Positions 28,448 through 38,871 of a stretch of DNA of 38,904 nt are shown one piece after another. The notes under the pieces are model-generated. The model was given only the letters and a program-made list of their open reading frames with translations, was not told the origin of the DNA and ran no database searches. Position 1 is the stretch's first letter. Each line of letters begins with the position of its first letter. Source of the DNA: Alphaproteobacteria bacterium (GTDB lineage Bacteria; Pseudomonadota; Alphaproteobacteria; CALKHQ01); contig JBHJOG010000137.1 of assembly GCA_050329975.1 (NCBI GenBank), forward strand, positions 1 through 38,904, in the 5' to 3' direction. A program made the position numbers and the translations under genes.

Positions 28448-29143
28448 GTGCGCTCGGGCGTCTCCGACAGCCTGTTCGACGCCCTCGATTACCGGTTCGC
28501 CGATCCCGCGCTGATCATCGCTGCGCTGACCCATGTCAGCCTGCGCCACGGCACCCAGGCCTCGGCTTATCAGCGGCTCGAGTTCCTCGGCGACCGCGTG
28601 CTCGGGGTGATTGTCGCCGACATGCTCTATCACCGCTTCCCCGACGAGAGCGAAGGGGCGATGGCGAAGCGGCATGCCGCACTGGTGCGGCGCGAGGCGC
28701 TGGCCGACGTCGCGCTGCGCATCGGACTGGCCACCCACATCCGCGTCGCGAGCCCGGACGCCAACCAGGATCTCCTCGACAACCAGGGGGTACTCGCCGA
28801 TTGCTGCGAGGCCGTGATCGCCGCGCTCTATCTCGACGGCGGCCTCGAAGCCGCCCGCCGGTTCGTCGAGACGTGGTGGGAGCCGCTGCTGACCGCCGAT
28901 CTCGCACCGCCTCGCGACCCGAAGACTGCATTGCAGGAGTGGGCGCAGGGCCGCGGCCTGCCGTTGCCGAGCTATACCGAGGTGGAGCGCACCGGGCCCG
29001 ACCATGCCCCGGTGTTCGTGGTCGAAGTCAGCGTGCAGGGACTGCCGACCCAGCAGGGCCGGGGTCCGTCGAAACGGGTCGCCACCCGGCTGGCCGCCGA
29101 ACGCATGCTGGCGCTGGCTGAGCCGGCGGAGCTGCCCCGGTGA
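28448..29143 (+). CDS. rnc: ribonuclease III
   Basis: ALTHVS...ERLEFLGD signature plus a dsRBD C-terminus. Start is GTG at 28448 or 28424; the latter would overlap the lepB stop. Confidence 0.85.
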   Translation: MRSGVSDSLFDALDYRFADPALIIAALTHVSLRHGTQASAYQRLEFLGDRVLGVIVADMLYHRFPDESEGAMAKRHAALVRREALADVALRIGLATHIRVASPDANQDLLDNQGVLADCCEAVIAALYLDGGLEAARRFVETWWEPLLTADLAPPRDPKTALQEWAQGRGLPLPSYTEVERTGPDHAPVFVVEVSVQGLPTQQGRGPSKRVATRLAAERMLALAEPAELPR

Positions 29144-30042
29144 CCGCCGATCCGCCCCAGCGCTGCGGCTTCGTCGCCATCATCGGCGCGCCCAACGCGG
29201 GCAAATCGACGCTGGTGAACCGGCTGGTCGGGGCCAAGGTCTCGATCGTCACACCGAAAGTGCAGACCACCCGTTTCCAGCTTCGCGGGGTGGCGATGGC
29301 AGGCACGACCCAGCTCATCCTCGTCGACACCCCCGGCATCTTCGCGCCCCGGCGCCGGCTGGACCGGGCGATGGTCGCGGCAGCCTGGACCGGCGCGCAG
29401 GATGCCGACGACGTGGTACTGATGGTAGACGCCCGCCGGATCACCAAGGAGGACGAGGCGATCATCGCCAGGCTGAACCAGGCGCGCCGGCCGGCAATCC
29501 TCGCCCTCAACAAGATCGATCTGGTCAAGCCGGCGGTGCTGCTGGAACGGTCGGCGGCGCTCAACGCGATGGGCGATTTCACGGCGACGTTCATGATCTC
29601 GGCGGAGACGGGCGACGGGGTCGAGGACCTGAAGGCCCATCTGGCCGCCCGGATGCCGGAGGGGCCGTGGCACTATCCGGAGGACCAGCTCTCCGACCTG
29701 TCGGAGCGCCTGATGGCGGCGGAGGTCACGCGGGAGAAGCTGTTCCTGCGCCTGCGCCAGGAGCTTCCCTACGCGCTGACGGTTGAGACCGAGGCCTGGA
29801 CCGAGTTCAAGGACGGCAGCGTTCGGATCGACCAGACGATCTATGTCGCCCGCGAGGGCCACAAGGGCATCATCCTCGGCAAGCAGGGCTCCGCCATCCA
29901 GCCCGTGCGCGAAGCGGCCCAGAACGAACTGGAGCGGGAGCTGGGCCGAAAGGTGCACCTGTTCCTGTTCGTCAAGGTACGCGCTCGCTGGCTCGACGAT
30001 CCGGAGCGCTTCGCCGCCTGGGGGCTCGACTACAACGCCTGA
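29140..30042 (+). CDS. era: GTPase Era
   Basis: GAPNAGKST P-loop and a C-terminal KH domain. The GTG start overlaps the rnc stop. Confidence 0.9.
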   Translation: MTADPPQRCGFVAIIGAPNAGKSTLVNRLVGAKVSIVTPKVQTTRFQLRGVAMAGTTQLILVDTPGIFAPRRRLDRAMVAAAWTGAQDADDVVLMVDARRITKEDEAIIARLNQARRPAILALNKIDLVKPAVLLERSAALNAMGDFTATFMISAETGDGVEDLKAHLAARMPEGPWHYPEDQLSDLSERLMAAEVTREKLFLRLRQELPYALTVETEAWTEFKDGSVRIDQTIYVAREGHKGIILGKQGSAIQPVREAAQNELERELGRKVHLFLFVKVRARWLDDPERFAAWGLDYNA

Positions 30043-30173
30043 GCCAGGGGCCGACCACCTCCGCCTGGATCAATCCTGTGTGACACCTGCAGACTGTCGT
30101 GTACTGGCGGTTGGATTCGCCGCGAGATTGGGCGAGGACTTGGCCGCAACGAACGAGGCAGGATGAACCAACG

Positions 30174-31406
30174 ATGAAGTTCAGCAAGGCCTTCCAGGCC
30201 CTGATCGCACTCTCGCTTGCAGGGGTGGCCGGCAACGCCGGTGCCGGCGAGCGACCGATGCCGATCGACTACGCCGACTGGACCGAAGTGGTCGCAGAGG
30301 CGCACGGGTCGACTGTCTATTTCAACGCATGGGGCGGCGACGCCAAGATCAACGCTTATCTGGACTGGGTGGGTGAGGAGGTGGCGGCCGCCTACGGTAT
30401 CGAGCTGGTCCACGTCAAGGTGGCGGACACTGCGGAAGTGGTGACCAGGGTGCGCGCCGAGCGGGCCGCCGACCGCATGCAGGGGGGAAGCGTCGACCTG
30501 ATCTGGATCAACGGCGAGAACTTCGCCGCGATGAAGGCGCAGGACCTGCTGTTCGGGCCCTTCGTTCCACTGCTGCCCAACGCGGCGCTGATCGACACGG
30601 TGGGCAAGCCGACGACGGAGCGCGACTTTACGGTGCCGACCGACGGCATGGAATCGCCCTGGGGCATGGCCCAACTGGTCTTCATCCATGACAGCGCCAC
30701 TGTGCCGGAGCCACCGCGGTCTCCGGCAGCCCTGCTCGACTGGGCCGGCGCCTCGCCGGGGCGCTTCACCTACCCGGCACCGCCGGATTTCGTCGGAACA
30801 ACGGTGCTGAAGCAGCTGCTGCTCTCGCTCAGCGACGACCAGACGAAGTTCGCAGAACCGCCGGCCGACGCCGAGGCATTCGACGCCGCCACCGAGCCGC
30901 TGTGGACCTACCTGGACGCGCTGCGGCCGCTGCTCTGGCGCGGCGGGAACCACTATCCGGCAAACTATCCGGCACTTCGCCAGCTGATGAACGATGGCGA
31001 ACTGGACATCGTCATGGCCTTCAACCCGGGCGAGGCGTCGTCGGCGATCGCCCAGGGACTGCTGCCGGAGACCGCCCGCAGCTTCGTCCTGGATGGCGGC
31101 ACCATCGGCAACACTCATTTCGTCGCCATTCCGTTCAACGCCAACGCCCCGGCCGGCGCGATGGTCGTCGCCGACTTCCTGCTCTCGCCGGAGGCCCAGG
31201 CGCGCAAGGCCGACCCGGCTCTCTGGGGGGATCCGACCGTGCTGGCTCTCGACAGGCTGGACTCCGCCGGTCGCGCCCTGTTCGACGCGCTGCCCCTGGG
31301 ACCTGCCGACCTGGCCCCGGAAGCCCTCGGACCTACGTTGCCGGAGCCTCATGCCGCCTGGGTTCCCCTGCTCGAGACTTCCTGGGCCGAGCGCTACGCG
31401 AAATAG
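30174..31406 (+). CDS. ABC transporter substrate-binding protein (YnjB-like)
   Basis: AGGA RBS and ATG. Signal peptide MKFSKAFQALIALSLAGVAGNAGA. About 410 aa periplasmic SBP fold. Confidence 0.75.
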   Translation: MKFSKAFQALIALSLAGVAGNAGAGERPMPIDYADWTEVVAEAHGSTVYFNAWGGDAKINAYLDWVGEEVAAAYGIELVHVKVADTAEVVTRVRAERAADRMQGGSVDLIWINGENFAAMKAQDLLFGPFVPLLPNAALIDTVGKPTTERDFTVPTDGMESPWGMAQLVFIHDSATVPEPPRSPAALLDWAGASPGRFTYPAPPDFVGTTVLKQLLLSLSDDQTKFAEPPADAEAFDAATEPLWTYLDALRPLLWRGGNHYPANYPALRQLMNDGELDIVMAFNPGEASSAIAQGLLPETARSFVLDGGTIGNTHFVAIPFNANAPAGAMVVADFLLSPEAQARKADPALWGDPTVLALDRLDSAGRALFDALPLGPADLAPEALGPTLPEPHAAWVPLLETSWAERYAK

Positions 31407-31412
31407 GGCCGC

Positions 31413-33068
31413 GTGCGCGCGCTGGGAGCTGCGCCGGCCCTGACCCTGGTCCTGGTGCTGGGGCCGATCCTGGCCGGCCTGGGCAGCATGGCGTTGCAGG
31501 CGTTCGGCACCGCCGGGCTGGAGCCCTGGCGCGCTTTGTTCGTTGCCCCTGGCGTCCGCACGGCGGTACTGGTCACCCTGGCGAGCGGCATCGCCGCTAC
31601 CGCATTGTCGTTGGCTCTGGTCGTCGCGTTCTGCGCCGCCTTCCACGACAGCCGTCTGTTCATGCTGCTGCGCCGGCTGATCGGGCCCCTGCTGGCGGTG
31701 CCCCACGCGGCGATGGCGATCGGCCTGGCCTTCCTGGCCGCCCCGAGCGGCTGGCTGCTGCGCCTGGTGTCGCCATGGGCAACCGGCTTCGACCGGCCGC
31801 CGGACTTGACGTTGATCCAGGACCCCTTCGGCCTGGCGTTGATCGCCGGCCTGGTGATCAAGGAGACGCCCTTCCTGTTCCTGATGACCTTGGCGGCGCT
31901 CGGTCAGGTCGATCCCGGCCGCAAGCTGCTGGTTGCCCGCTCCTTGGGGTATCGGCCGGCGACCGCGTGGCTCAAGGTGGTGTGGCCGCTCCTCTATCCG
32001 CAGCTGCGGCTCCCGGCGTTCGCCGTTCTCGCGTTCAGTCTCTCCGTCGTCGACATGGCACTGATCCTCGGCCCGGGGACGCCGCCGCCGCTCGCCGTGC
32101 TCGTCACCCGCTGGTCCGCCGACCCCGACACCGGCATCCGTCTCCAGGCCGCCGCCGGCGCCTGCCTGCTGCTGGCACTGACCGTCGCCGCCATCGGGGC
32201 CTGGCTTGCCGCCGAGCGCCTGTGCGGCCGTGCCGTGCAACGCTGGCTGGTCGGCGGCGGACGCGGCGGCGGCTCGGCCTTGCGCTGGCTGGCGGGGACG
32301 GCCGCCGCCCTGATCGTGGGCGCCGCCTATCTGGGCCTGGCCGGCATCGGCCTGTGGTCGGTTACGGAGACCTGGCGCTTTCCGGCCCCGCTGCCCACAG
32401 CCTGGAGCCTCGACCGGTGGGCGCAGGCAGCCGATGTGGTTGCGCGCCCGTTCTTCGCCACCCTCGGCATCGGCGCGGCGGCGGTGGCGGCGGCCGCCGT
32501 GCTGGTGCTGGCCTGCCTGGAGCATGAGCAGCGGCGGCGCGCGCCGGTGTTCGCCCTGTGGCTGCTCTATCTGCCCCTGCTGGTACCCCAGCCGAGCTTC
32601 CTCTACGGCGCGCAGCAGTTGATGATCCGGGCCGGCATCGACGGCGGATACACCGCTGTCGCCTGGAGCCACCTGCTGTTCGTCCTTCCCTATGTCTTCC
32701 TGTCGCTGGCCGCCCCCTACCGAGCGCTCGACGATCGCTATCGGCGATCGGCCGCGAGCCTCGGCGCCCCGCCCTGGCGGGTGTTCTGGCAGATCAGGCT
32801 GCCGCTGCTGATGCGCCCGGTCCTGGTCGCGCTGGCGGTCGGATTCGCCGTCAGCGTCGCGCAATATCTGCCGACGCTGTTCGCAGGCGGCGGCCGGGTC
32901 GAAACCCTGACCACCGAGGCAGTGGCGCTGGCGGCCGGTGGCGACCGGCGCATCGTCGGCATCTACGCGGTGTTGCAGGCGGTGCTGCCCTTCCTCGGCT
33001 TTGCGCTGGCGCTGGCGGTGCCTGCCTGGATCTGGCGCCATCGCTCCGGCATGCGAGCGTTCCGATGA
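31413..33068 (+). CDS. ABC transporter permease, fused two-domain (YnjC-like)
   Basis: 551 aa with about 12 TM segments and two EAA-like loops. GTG start. Confidence 0.75.
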   Translation: MRALGAAPALTLVLVLGPILAGLGSMALQAFGTAGLEPWRALFVAPGVRTAVLVTLASGIAATALSLALVVAFCAAFHDSRLFMLLRRLIGPLLAVPHAAMAIGLAFLAAPSGWLLRLVSPWATGFDRPPDLTLIQDPFGLALIAGLVIKETPFLFLMTLAALGQVDPGRKLLVARSLGYRPATAWLKVVWPLLYPQLRLPAFAVLAFSLSVVDMALILGPGTPPPLAVLVTRWSADPDTGIRLQAAAGACLLLALTVAAIGAWLAAERLCGRAVQRWLVGGGRGGGSALRWLAGTAAALIVGAAYLGLAGIGLWSVTETWRFPAPLPTAWSLDRWAQAADVVARPFFATLGIGAAAVAAAAVLVLACLEHEQRRRAPVFALWLLYLPLLVPQPSFLYGAQQLMIRAGIDGGYTAVAWSHLLFVLPYVFLSLAAPYRALDDRYRRSAASLGAPPWRVFWQIRLPLLMRPVLVALAVGFAVSVAQYLPTLFAGGGRVETLTTEAVALAAGGDRRIVGIYAVLQAVLPFLGFALALAVPAWIWRHRSGMRAFR

Positions 33069-33721
33069 GCGCCGGGCTCCAGCATGCGCTCACCCTGGAG
33101 CAGGTCGGTGTCGCCGTCGGCGGCCGGCCGCTGTTCGCGCCGCTCACGGTCACGATCGCCGGCGGCGAGATCCTCACCGTCATGGGCGCCAGCGGCAGCG
33201 GCAAGTCCAGCCTGGTCGCCTGGCTCAGCGGCGCGCTCGACCCGGCACTGACCGGTCTCGGCCGGGTCAGGCTCGACGGTGTCGACGTGACGCGGTTGCC
33301 GCCCGAGCGCCGCCGCATCGGCATCCTGTTCCAGGACGACCTGCTGTTCCCGCATCTGTCGGTCGGCGGCAACCTCGGCTTCGCGCTGCCGGCGGACCTG
33401 CCGCGGTCGGAACGGCGGGACCGCATCGAGAGCGCGCTCGCCGAGGCCGAGCTCGCCGGCTTCGCCGGACGTGACCCCGCCTCGCTCTCGGGCGGCCAGC
33501 GGGCGCGGGTCGCGGTGATGCGCACCCTCCTCGCCGAGCCCCGGGCGCTCCTGCTCGACGAGCCCTTTGCGAAGCTCGACGCCGGACTCCGGGACCAGTT
33601 CCGCAGCTTCGTGTTCAACCACGCCCTGCAGCAGGGGGTTCCAGTGCTGCTGGTCACCCACGACGCCGCCGACGCGGACGCTGCCGCCGGCACGGTTGTG
33701 ATGCTGTCACATCCGGAGTGA
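33065..33721 (+). CDS. ABC transporter ATP-binding protein (YnjD-like)
   Basis: Walker A GASGSGKSS, signature LSGGQRARV, Walker B LLLDEP. ATG overlaps the permease stop. Confidence 0.8.
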   Translation: MSAGLQHALTLEQVGVAVGGRPLFAPLTVTIAGGEILTVMGASGSGKSSLVAWLSGALDPALTGLGRVRLDGVDVTRLPPERRRIGILFQDDLLFPHLSVGGNLGFALPADLPRSERRDRIESALAEAELAGFAGRDPASLSGGQRARVAVMRTLLAEPRALLLDEPFAKLDAGLRDQFRSFVFNHALQQGVPVLLVTHDAADADAAAGTVVMLSHPE

Positions 33722-33769
33722 GATGGTCGATTTCTGGACCTCCTCACGGCCGCAGCGTAAAAGCAGCCG

Positions 33770-34516
33770 ATGGAGTGGCATGACGATGCGATCATCCTCT
33801 CGGTCCGGCCTCACGGCGAGACCTCGCTGCTGGTCGGGCTGCTGAGCCGGACGCACGGCCGCCACGCCGGCCTGGCCCGCGGCGCCGCCGGACCGCGGCG
33901 ACGGGGGGACTTCCAGCCTGGAAACCAGGCCGCGGCCAAGTGGCGGGCGCGGCTCGCCGAGCATCTGGGGACCTTGACCTGCGAGGTCAGCGCCGCCCGC
34001 GCCGCCCGCTGCATGGCCGATCCGGATGCACTGGCGGCGCTGTCGAGCGCCTGCGCGCTCTGCGATGCCGGCCTGCCCGAGCGGATGCCGATGCCAGGCC
34101 TCTACGAGCGACTGGCGACGCTGCTCGACGCGATCGCCGGACTCGGCCCGGCGTGGCGCCGCGACTACGTCCATTGGGAGGTCGCCCTCCTCGCCGAACT
34201 GGGCTTCGGCCTCGACCTCTCGCGTTGTGCCGTCACCGGCGACAGCGACGGACTCGCCTTCGTCTCGCCGCGGACAGGCCGTGCGGTCAGCCGGGCCGGG
34301 GCTGGACTCTACGCCGAGCGGCTGCTGCCCCTGCCCCACTTCCTGATCACGCCGGACGCGCCGGCCGACCGCGCTGCGCTGGCCGACGGGCTGCGGCTGA
34401 CCGGCCATTTCCTGCACGCCCACGTGTTCGATCCCGCCGAGCGGAAGCCCCCCGATGCGCGCGCCCGGCTGGTCGCCAGGCTCACCCGCGAGCCGCCCGC
34501 GCGCCTGGTTTCATGA
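33770..34516 (+). CDS. recO: DNA repair protein RecO
   Basis: MEWHDDAIILSVRPHGETSLLVGLL is the RecO N-terminal OB fold. 248 aa. Confidence 0.8.
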   Translation: MEWHDDAIILSVRPHGETSLLVGLLSRTHGRHAGLARGAAGPRRRGDFQPGNQAAAKWRARLAEHLGTLTCEVSAARAARCMADPDALAALSSACALCDAGLPERMPMPGLYERLATLLDAIAGLGPAWRRDYVHWEVALLAELGFGLDLSRCAVTGDSDGLAFVSPRTGRAVSRAGAGLYAERLLPLPHFLITPDAPADRAALADGLRLTGHFLHAHVFDPAERKPPDARARLVARLTREPPARLVS

Positions 34517-35772
34517 CGGATCACCCCGATATGGGCGATCCCGTCACCATCATCGGCGCCGGCGTCGTCGGCATGGCCTGCGCCGTGGCGCTGCAGCGCG
34601 ACGGCCAGCAGGTGCATGTGGTTGACGGGCGCGCGCCGGGGGAAGGCTGCTCCAAGGGCAACGCTGGGCTGATCGCAGCCGACCATGTGCTGCCGCTCGC
34701 GACGCCGGGCATCCTGCGCCAGGTGCCGCGGATGCTGTTCGATCCGATGGGGCCGCTGACTTTGCGCTTGTCCTACCTGCCGAGGATCGCGCCCTGGCTG
34801 GTCCGCTTCCTCGCCAACGCGACGCCGGCGCGGGTCGAACGGCTGAGTGCGGCTCTGGTCGCCCTGACGCGTCCGGCGCTCGACGACTGGCGCGACCTGC
34901 TGGCAGAGATCGGCGGAGAGCCGCTGATCGAGCAGCGGGGATGGCTCGCGCTGTACCGAACCGAAAGCGCGTTCCTCCGCGACGCCGGCGAGCGGGAACG
35001 CCAGCGGTCGCTCGGGGTCGCGGTCGAGGAACTGGCCGGCGAAGCGCTGCGCCAGCAGGAGCCGGCGCTAGGCGACCGCAAGTTGGCCCGCGGCGTCCTG
35101 TTCCCCGATTCTGCCCATTCGATCGATTCGTTCCGCCTGGTGCAGCATCTGGCGGAGGCGGTCGCCCGGCATGGCGGCCGCGTCACCCGCGCGGAGGTGA
35201 CGGCGATCGAGGCCGGCCCCGACGGACCGCGGCTGCTGCGCACCGACGCCGGCCCGATCCCGGTCCGCCGCCTGCTCGTCGCGGCGGGCGCCTGGTCGAA
35301 GCCGTTGGCCCGCGCGCTGGGCCACCGCGTGCCGCTCGATACCGAGCGCGGGTACCATATCCATCTCGCCAATCCGGGCGTGACGCTGGCGCGCCCGCTC
35401 TACGACGCCGAGCGCAAGTTCTTCCTGACCCCGATGGAGACTGGCCTGCGCATCGCCGGCACGGTCGAGCTCGGCGGTCTCAGGGCCGGGCCGGACTGGC
35501 GGCGCGCCGACATCCTGCTCGAACAGGCCCGGACCCTCGTGCCCGGGCTCGACGGCGGCGACCCCACCCGCTGGATGGGGTTCCGGCCGACGCTGCCCGA
35601 TTCGCTGCCCGTCATCGGACCGTCGCCGGCCATGCCCAACGCCTGGTTCGCCTTCGGCCACCAGCATCTGGGGCTGACCCTGGCGGCGGTCACCGGCCGG
35701 ATGATCGCCGCCATGATCGCCGGACGCCCGTCGTCGATCGACGCAGCCCCTTATCGGATCGACCGGTTTTAG
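34513..35772 (+). CDS. FAD-dependent oxidoreductase (DadA/D-amino-acid dehydrogenase-like)
   Basis: VTIIGAGVVGMACA dinucleotide-binding motif. ATG overlaps the recO stop. Confidence 0.7.
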   Translation: MTDHPDMGDPVTIIGAGVVGMACAVALQRDGQQVHVVDGRAPGEGCSKGNAGLIAADHVLPLATPGILRQVPRMLFDPMGPLTLRLSYLPRIAPWLVRFLANATPARVERLSAALVALTRPALDDWRDLLAEIGGEPLIEQRGWLALYRTESAFLRDAGERERQRSLGVAVEELAGEALRQQEPALGDRKLARGVLFPDSAHSIDSFRLVQHLAEAVARHGGRVTRAEVTAIEAGPDGPRLLRTDAGPIPVRRLLVAAGAWSKPLARALGHRVPLDTERGYHIHLANPGVTLARPLYDAERKFFLTPMETGLRIAGTVELGGLRAGPDWRRADILLEQARTLVPGLDGGDPTRWMGFRPTLPDSLPVIGPSPAMPNAWFAFGHQHLGLTLAAVTGRMIAAMIAGRPSSIDAAPYRIDRF

Positions 35773-35826
35773 GCATCAAGGGGCGATGGAGCGGCCATCG
35801 AGTCGCCGAACCGGGACGATGGACCA

Positions 35827-38046
35827 TTGGCTGACGACGAAACCACCACCATCCATGACGTCGCGCTCTCCGACGCACTGGGCGAGCGCTACCTGTCCTA
35901 TGCGCTGAGCACCATCACCGCCCGCTCGCTGCCCGACGTGCGCGACGGCCTGAAGCCGGTGCACCGGCGGCTGCTCTTCGCGATGCGCGAGCTCCGGCTC
36001 GACCCGCGGTCCGGGTTCAAGAAGTGCGCCCGAATCGTCGGCGACGTGATGGGCAAGTACCACCCGCATGGCGACGGCTCGATCTACGACGCGATGGTCC
36101 GGCTGGCGCAGGAATTCTCCCAGCGCTATCCGCTGGTCGACGGCCAGGGCAACTTCGGCAACATCGACGGGGATAACCCGGCGGCGATGCGCTACACCGA
36201 GGCGCGGCTGACCGCGATCGCCGAGGCGATGCTGGAGGGCATCGACGAGGATGCGGTCGACTTCCGCGACACCTACGACAACGAGGGCCGGGAGCCGGTG
36301 GTGCTGCCCGCCGCCTTCCCCAACCTGCTCGCCAACGGCGCGTCGGGCATCGCAGTCGGCATGGCGACATCGATCCCGCCGCACAATGCGGGCGAGCTGT
36401 GCGCCGCCCTGCTGCACCTGCTCGCCAATCCGGAGGCGAGCGTCGGCGACCTGCTCCAGCACATCGCCGGCCCGGACCTGCCCACCGGCGGGCTGCTCAT
36501 CGAGGATCCGGCGACGATCCGCGCCGCCTACGAGACCGGCCGCGGCAGCTTCCGGGTCAGGGCCCGCTGGGAGGTAGAAAAGCTCAAGTCCGGCACCTGG
36601 CAGGTCGTGGTCACCGAGATTCCATATCAGGTGCAGAAGTCGAAGCTGGTCGAGCGGATCGCCGACCTGATCCATAACCGCAAGGTGGCGCTGCTCGGCG
36701 ACGTGCGCGACGAGTCCACCGAGGACATCCGGCTGGTGCTGGAGCCACGCAGCCGCAACGTCGAGCCCGAGATGCTGATGGAATCGTTGTTCCGCCAGAC
36801 CGACCTGGAGGCGCGGATCAGCCTCAACATGAACGTGCTCGACTTCGGCCGCACCCCCCGCGTGATGTCGCTGAAGGAGGTGCTGCAGGCCTTCCTCGAC
36901 CATCGCGACGAGGTGCTGGTCCGCCGCAGCCGCCACCGCCTGGACAAGATCGCCAACCGACTGGAGGTGCTGGGCGGCTACACGGTGGCCTACCTCAACC
37001 TCGACGAGGTGATCCGCATCATTCGTGAGGAGGACGACGCCAAGGCCGAACTGATCGCGCGTTTCGAACTGACCGACATCCAGGCCGAAGCGATCCTGAA
37101 CATGCGCTTGCGCGCCCTGCGCAAGCTGGAAGAGATCGCGATCGAGAAAGAGATCAAGGGGCTGCGCAGCGAGCAGAAGGAGCTGACCGCTCTTGTCGGC
37201 GACCCGGGCCGTCGCGGCCGGCACATTGCCGCCCAGATCGAGGAGACGCGCCGGCAGTTCGGCGGCGACGACGCGATCGGGCGCCGGCGGACGATGCTGG
37301 CAGACGCGCCGGTCTTCGGCGACATGCCGATCGAGGCGATCGTCGAGCGCGAGCCGATCACCGTCCTGCTGTCCAAGAAGGGCTGGATAAAGGCCGCCAA
37401 GGGCCACCTGGCCGAGGACGCCGAACAGCGCTGGAAGGACGGCGACGGCGACCGGTTCCGCATTCACGCCGAGACCACCGACAAGCTGCTGATCTTCGCC
37501 ACCAATGGCCGGTTCTACACCCTGGCGGCGGACAAGCTGCCGGGTGGCCGCGGCTTCGGCGAGCCCGTGCGGCTGATGCTCGACCTGGGCAACGACCACG
37601 ACATCGTCACCCTGATGGTCCACCGCCCGGGCCGCAGGCTGCTGGTCGCCGCCAGCGACGGGCGCGGCTTCCTGATCCCGGAGGAGGACACGCTGGCCCA
37701 GACTCGCGGCGGCCGACTGGTGCTCAACGTGTCCGGCGACGTCGAGGGAAGCATCTGCGTGATCGCCGACGGCGACCATGTCGCCACCGTGGGCGACAAT
37801 CGCAAGCTGCTGGTATTCCCGCTGGACGAGGTGCCTGAGATGACCCGCGGCCGCGGGGTGATCCTGCAGAAGTTCAAGGATGGCGGGCTGGCCGACGCCA
37901 AGGTGTTCCGGCTGGAGCAAGGACTGACCTGGCGGCTCGGCGACCGCGAGCGGCGGGAAACCGACCTGCGACTCTGGCTCGGCAAGCGTGCGCAGGCCGG
38001 GCGCCTGCCCCCAAACGGTTTCCCACGCAACAACCGCTTCGGCTGA
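35827..38046 (+). CDS. parC: DNA topoisomerase IV subunit A
   Basis: [29 protein letters not shown] (active-site Tyr region) and a C-terminal beta-pinwheel. TTG start per the track; an ATG alternative was not found in frame. Confidence 0.9.
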   Translation: MADDETTTIHDVALSDALGERYLSYALSTITARSLPDVRDGLKPVHRRLLFAMRELRLDPRSGFKKCARIVGDVMGKYHPHGDGSIYDAMVRLAQEFSQRYPLVDGQGNFGNIDGDNPAAMRYTEARLTAIAEAMLEGIDEDAVDFRDTYDNEGREPVVLPAAFPNLLANGASGIAVGMATSIPPHNAGELCAALLHLLANPEASVGDLLQHIAGPDLPTGGLLIEDPATIRAAYETGRGSFRVRARWEVEKLKSGTWQVVVTEIPYQVQKSKLVERIADLIHNRKVALLGDVRDESTEDIRLVLEPRSRNVEPEMLMESLFRQTDLEARISLNMNVLDFGRTPRVMSLKEVLQAFLDHRDEVLVRRSRHRLDKIANRLEVLGGYTVAYLNLDEVIRIIREEDDAKAELIARFELTDIQAEAILNMRLRALRKLEEIAIEKEIKGLRSEQKELTALVGDPGRRGRHIAAQIEETRRQFGGDDAIGRRRTMLADAPVFGDMPIEAIVEREPITVLLSKKGWIKAAKGHLAEDAEQRWKDGDGDRFRIHAETTDKLLIFATNGRFYTLAADKLPGGRGFGEPVRLMLDLGNDHDIVTLMVHRPGRRLLVAASDGRGFLIPEEDTLAQTRGGRLVLNVSGDVEGSICVIADGDHVATVGDNRKLLVFPLDEVPEMTRGRGVILQKFKDGGLADAKVFRLEQGLTWRLGDRERRETDLRLWLGKRAQAGRLPPNGFPRNNRFG

Positions 38047-38073
38047 TCTCGCCGGCTTGTCCCGAAAAGCGAA

Positions 38074-38100
38074 CGGCCCCTGGTTGTGAGCCAGGGGCCG
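38074..38100. terminator. bidirectional rho-independent terminator (GGCCCCTGG-ttgtgag-CCAGGGGCC) between parC and flp
   Basis: 9-bp GC stem; T-tract on the minus strand (GTTCGCTTTTCGGG). Confidence 0.5.
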
Positions 38101-38160
38101 CTGTCTGACGCTTTCGGTCGAGCTGTGTCTGACGCAGATCGAATGCCGGGAGGAGTGGGC

Positions 38161-38349
38161 TCAGGCGTCGCCAGCCGGGATGACGGCGTCGATCGAGCCG
38201 GCGGAGATCTCGAACACCTGCGCGATCCCGTCGCCCATGGCGCTGAGCGCGGTGAGCGCGGCGACCGACACCATGGCGCCGATCAGCCCATACTCGATCG
38301 CAGTCGCGCCGTCTTCGGTGGAGAGGAAGGCCTTGAGGGAAGCGAGCAT
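38161..38349 (-). CDS. flp: Flp family type IVb pilin
   Basis: 62 aa with EDGATAIEYGLIGAMVSVAA (Flp motif: Gly/Ala-Thr-Ala-Ile-Glu-Tyr-Gly-Leu-Ile). Confidence 0.8.
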   Translation of the reverse strand: MLASLKAFLSTEDGATAIEYGLIGAMVSVAALTALSAMGDGIAQVFEISAGSIDAVIPAGDA

Positions 38350-38482
38350 GGTGGGTCTCCGCGCTTGAAATCTGGCTTGGACGTTTCCTGGGGCGACGCG
38401 TCGTCGCCGTCACAAGAGATTCCCAAATACTCGCGACATTCGCAACAGGAAAGCGAAGATATGAAGGCAAGTATTGTTCGAT

Positions 38483-38512
38483 TAAATCGTTAATACTTAC
38501 CATCTACTTAAC
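38483..38512 (-). promoter_or_regulatory. AT-rich island with TTAA half-sites, including TTAC-N7-TTAAC (CtrA-box-like), upstream of flp
   Basis: About 70% AT over roughly 90 nt inside a 68% GC genome, read directly. The motif resembles the alphaproteobacterial CtrA consensus TTAA-N7-TTAAC. Confidence 0.3.
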
Positions 38513-38588
38513 AAGAATTGAGACGTTTTGATGCGCAATCTCATCAATTGCCGGTTGCCGGCGCAAGTCCAACCCTGCCCACAAAGGC

Positions 38589-38618
38589 GAACGGCCCGTG
38601 GCGGGTGCCACGGGCCGT
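38589..38618. terminator. terminator hairpin (AACGGCCCGTGG-cgggtg-CCACGGGCCGTT) downstream of the second flp gene
   Basis: 12-bp stem. It shares a flanking GCGAACGGCCC...TGTCTGACG context with the 38074 hairpin, indicating a duplicated unit. Confidence 0.45.
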
Positions 38619-38679
38619 TGAAGATGTCTGACGATGGAGCGGCCGCAGATGCCGGCAGCCCCCCGGGCAGCCGTCGAGA

Positions 38680-38871
38680 TTATTCGCCCTCGGGGATCGC
38701 GCCGTCGACCGACGTCGACACGGTCGTGAACAGGCTCTCGAGGGAGTCGCCCATCGCGCCGAGCGCGGTGATGGCGGCGACCGAAACCAGGGCCGCGATC
38801 AGCCCATACTCGATGGCGGTGGCGCCGTCTTCGGCGGCAACGAAACGCTTGAAGGATGCAAAACCGATCAT
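38680..38871 (-). CDS. flp: Flp family type IVb pilin (second copy)
   Basis: GAGG RBS plus an ATG gives MIGFASFKRFVAAEDGATAIEYGLIAALVSVAA. The track ORF extends to the window edge but the internal start is supported. Confidence 0.75.
   Translation of the reverse strand: MIGFASFKRFVAAEDGATAIEYGLIAALVSVAAITALGAMGDSLESLFTTVSTSVDGAIPEGE

Noticed and set aside
30030-33041. 1003-aa ORF antisense to the YnjBCD-like operon
   Set aside because: It is a long stop-free antisense frame typical of high-GC genomes. The translation is Arg/Gly/Gln-rich with no domain signatures.
33940-35772. Track ORF start at 33940 for the FAD oxidoreductase (610 aa)
   Set aside because: The N-terminal 190 aa overlap recO in another frame and are Arg/Ala-rich. 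The true start is the ATG at 34513, giving MTDHPDMGDPVTIIGAGVVG.
35776-37920. 714-aa ORF antisense to parC
   Set aside because: It is antisense to an unmistakable topoisomerase IV A gene, and is low-complexity.
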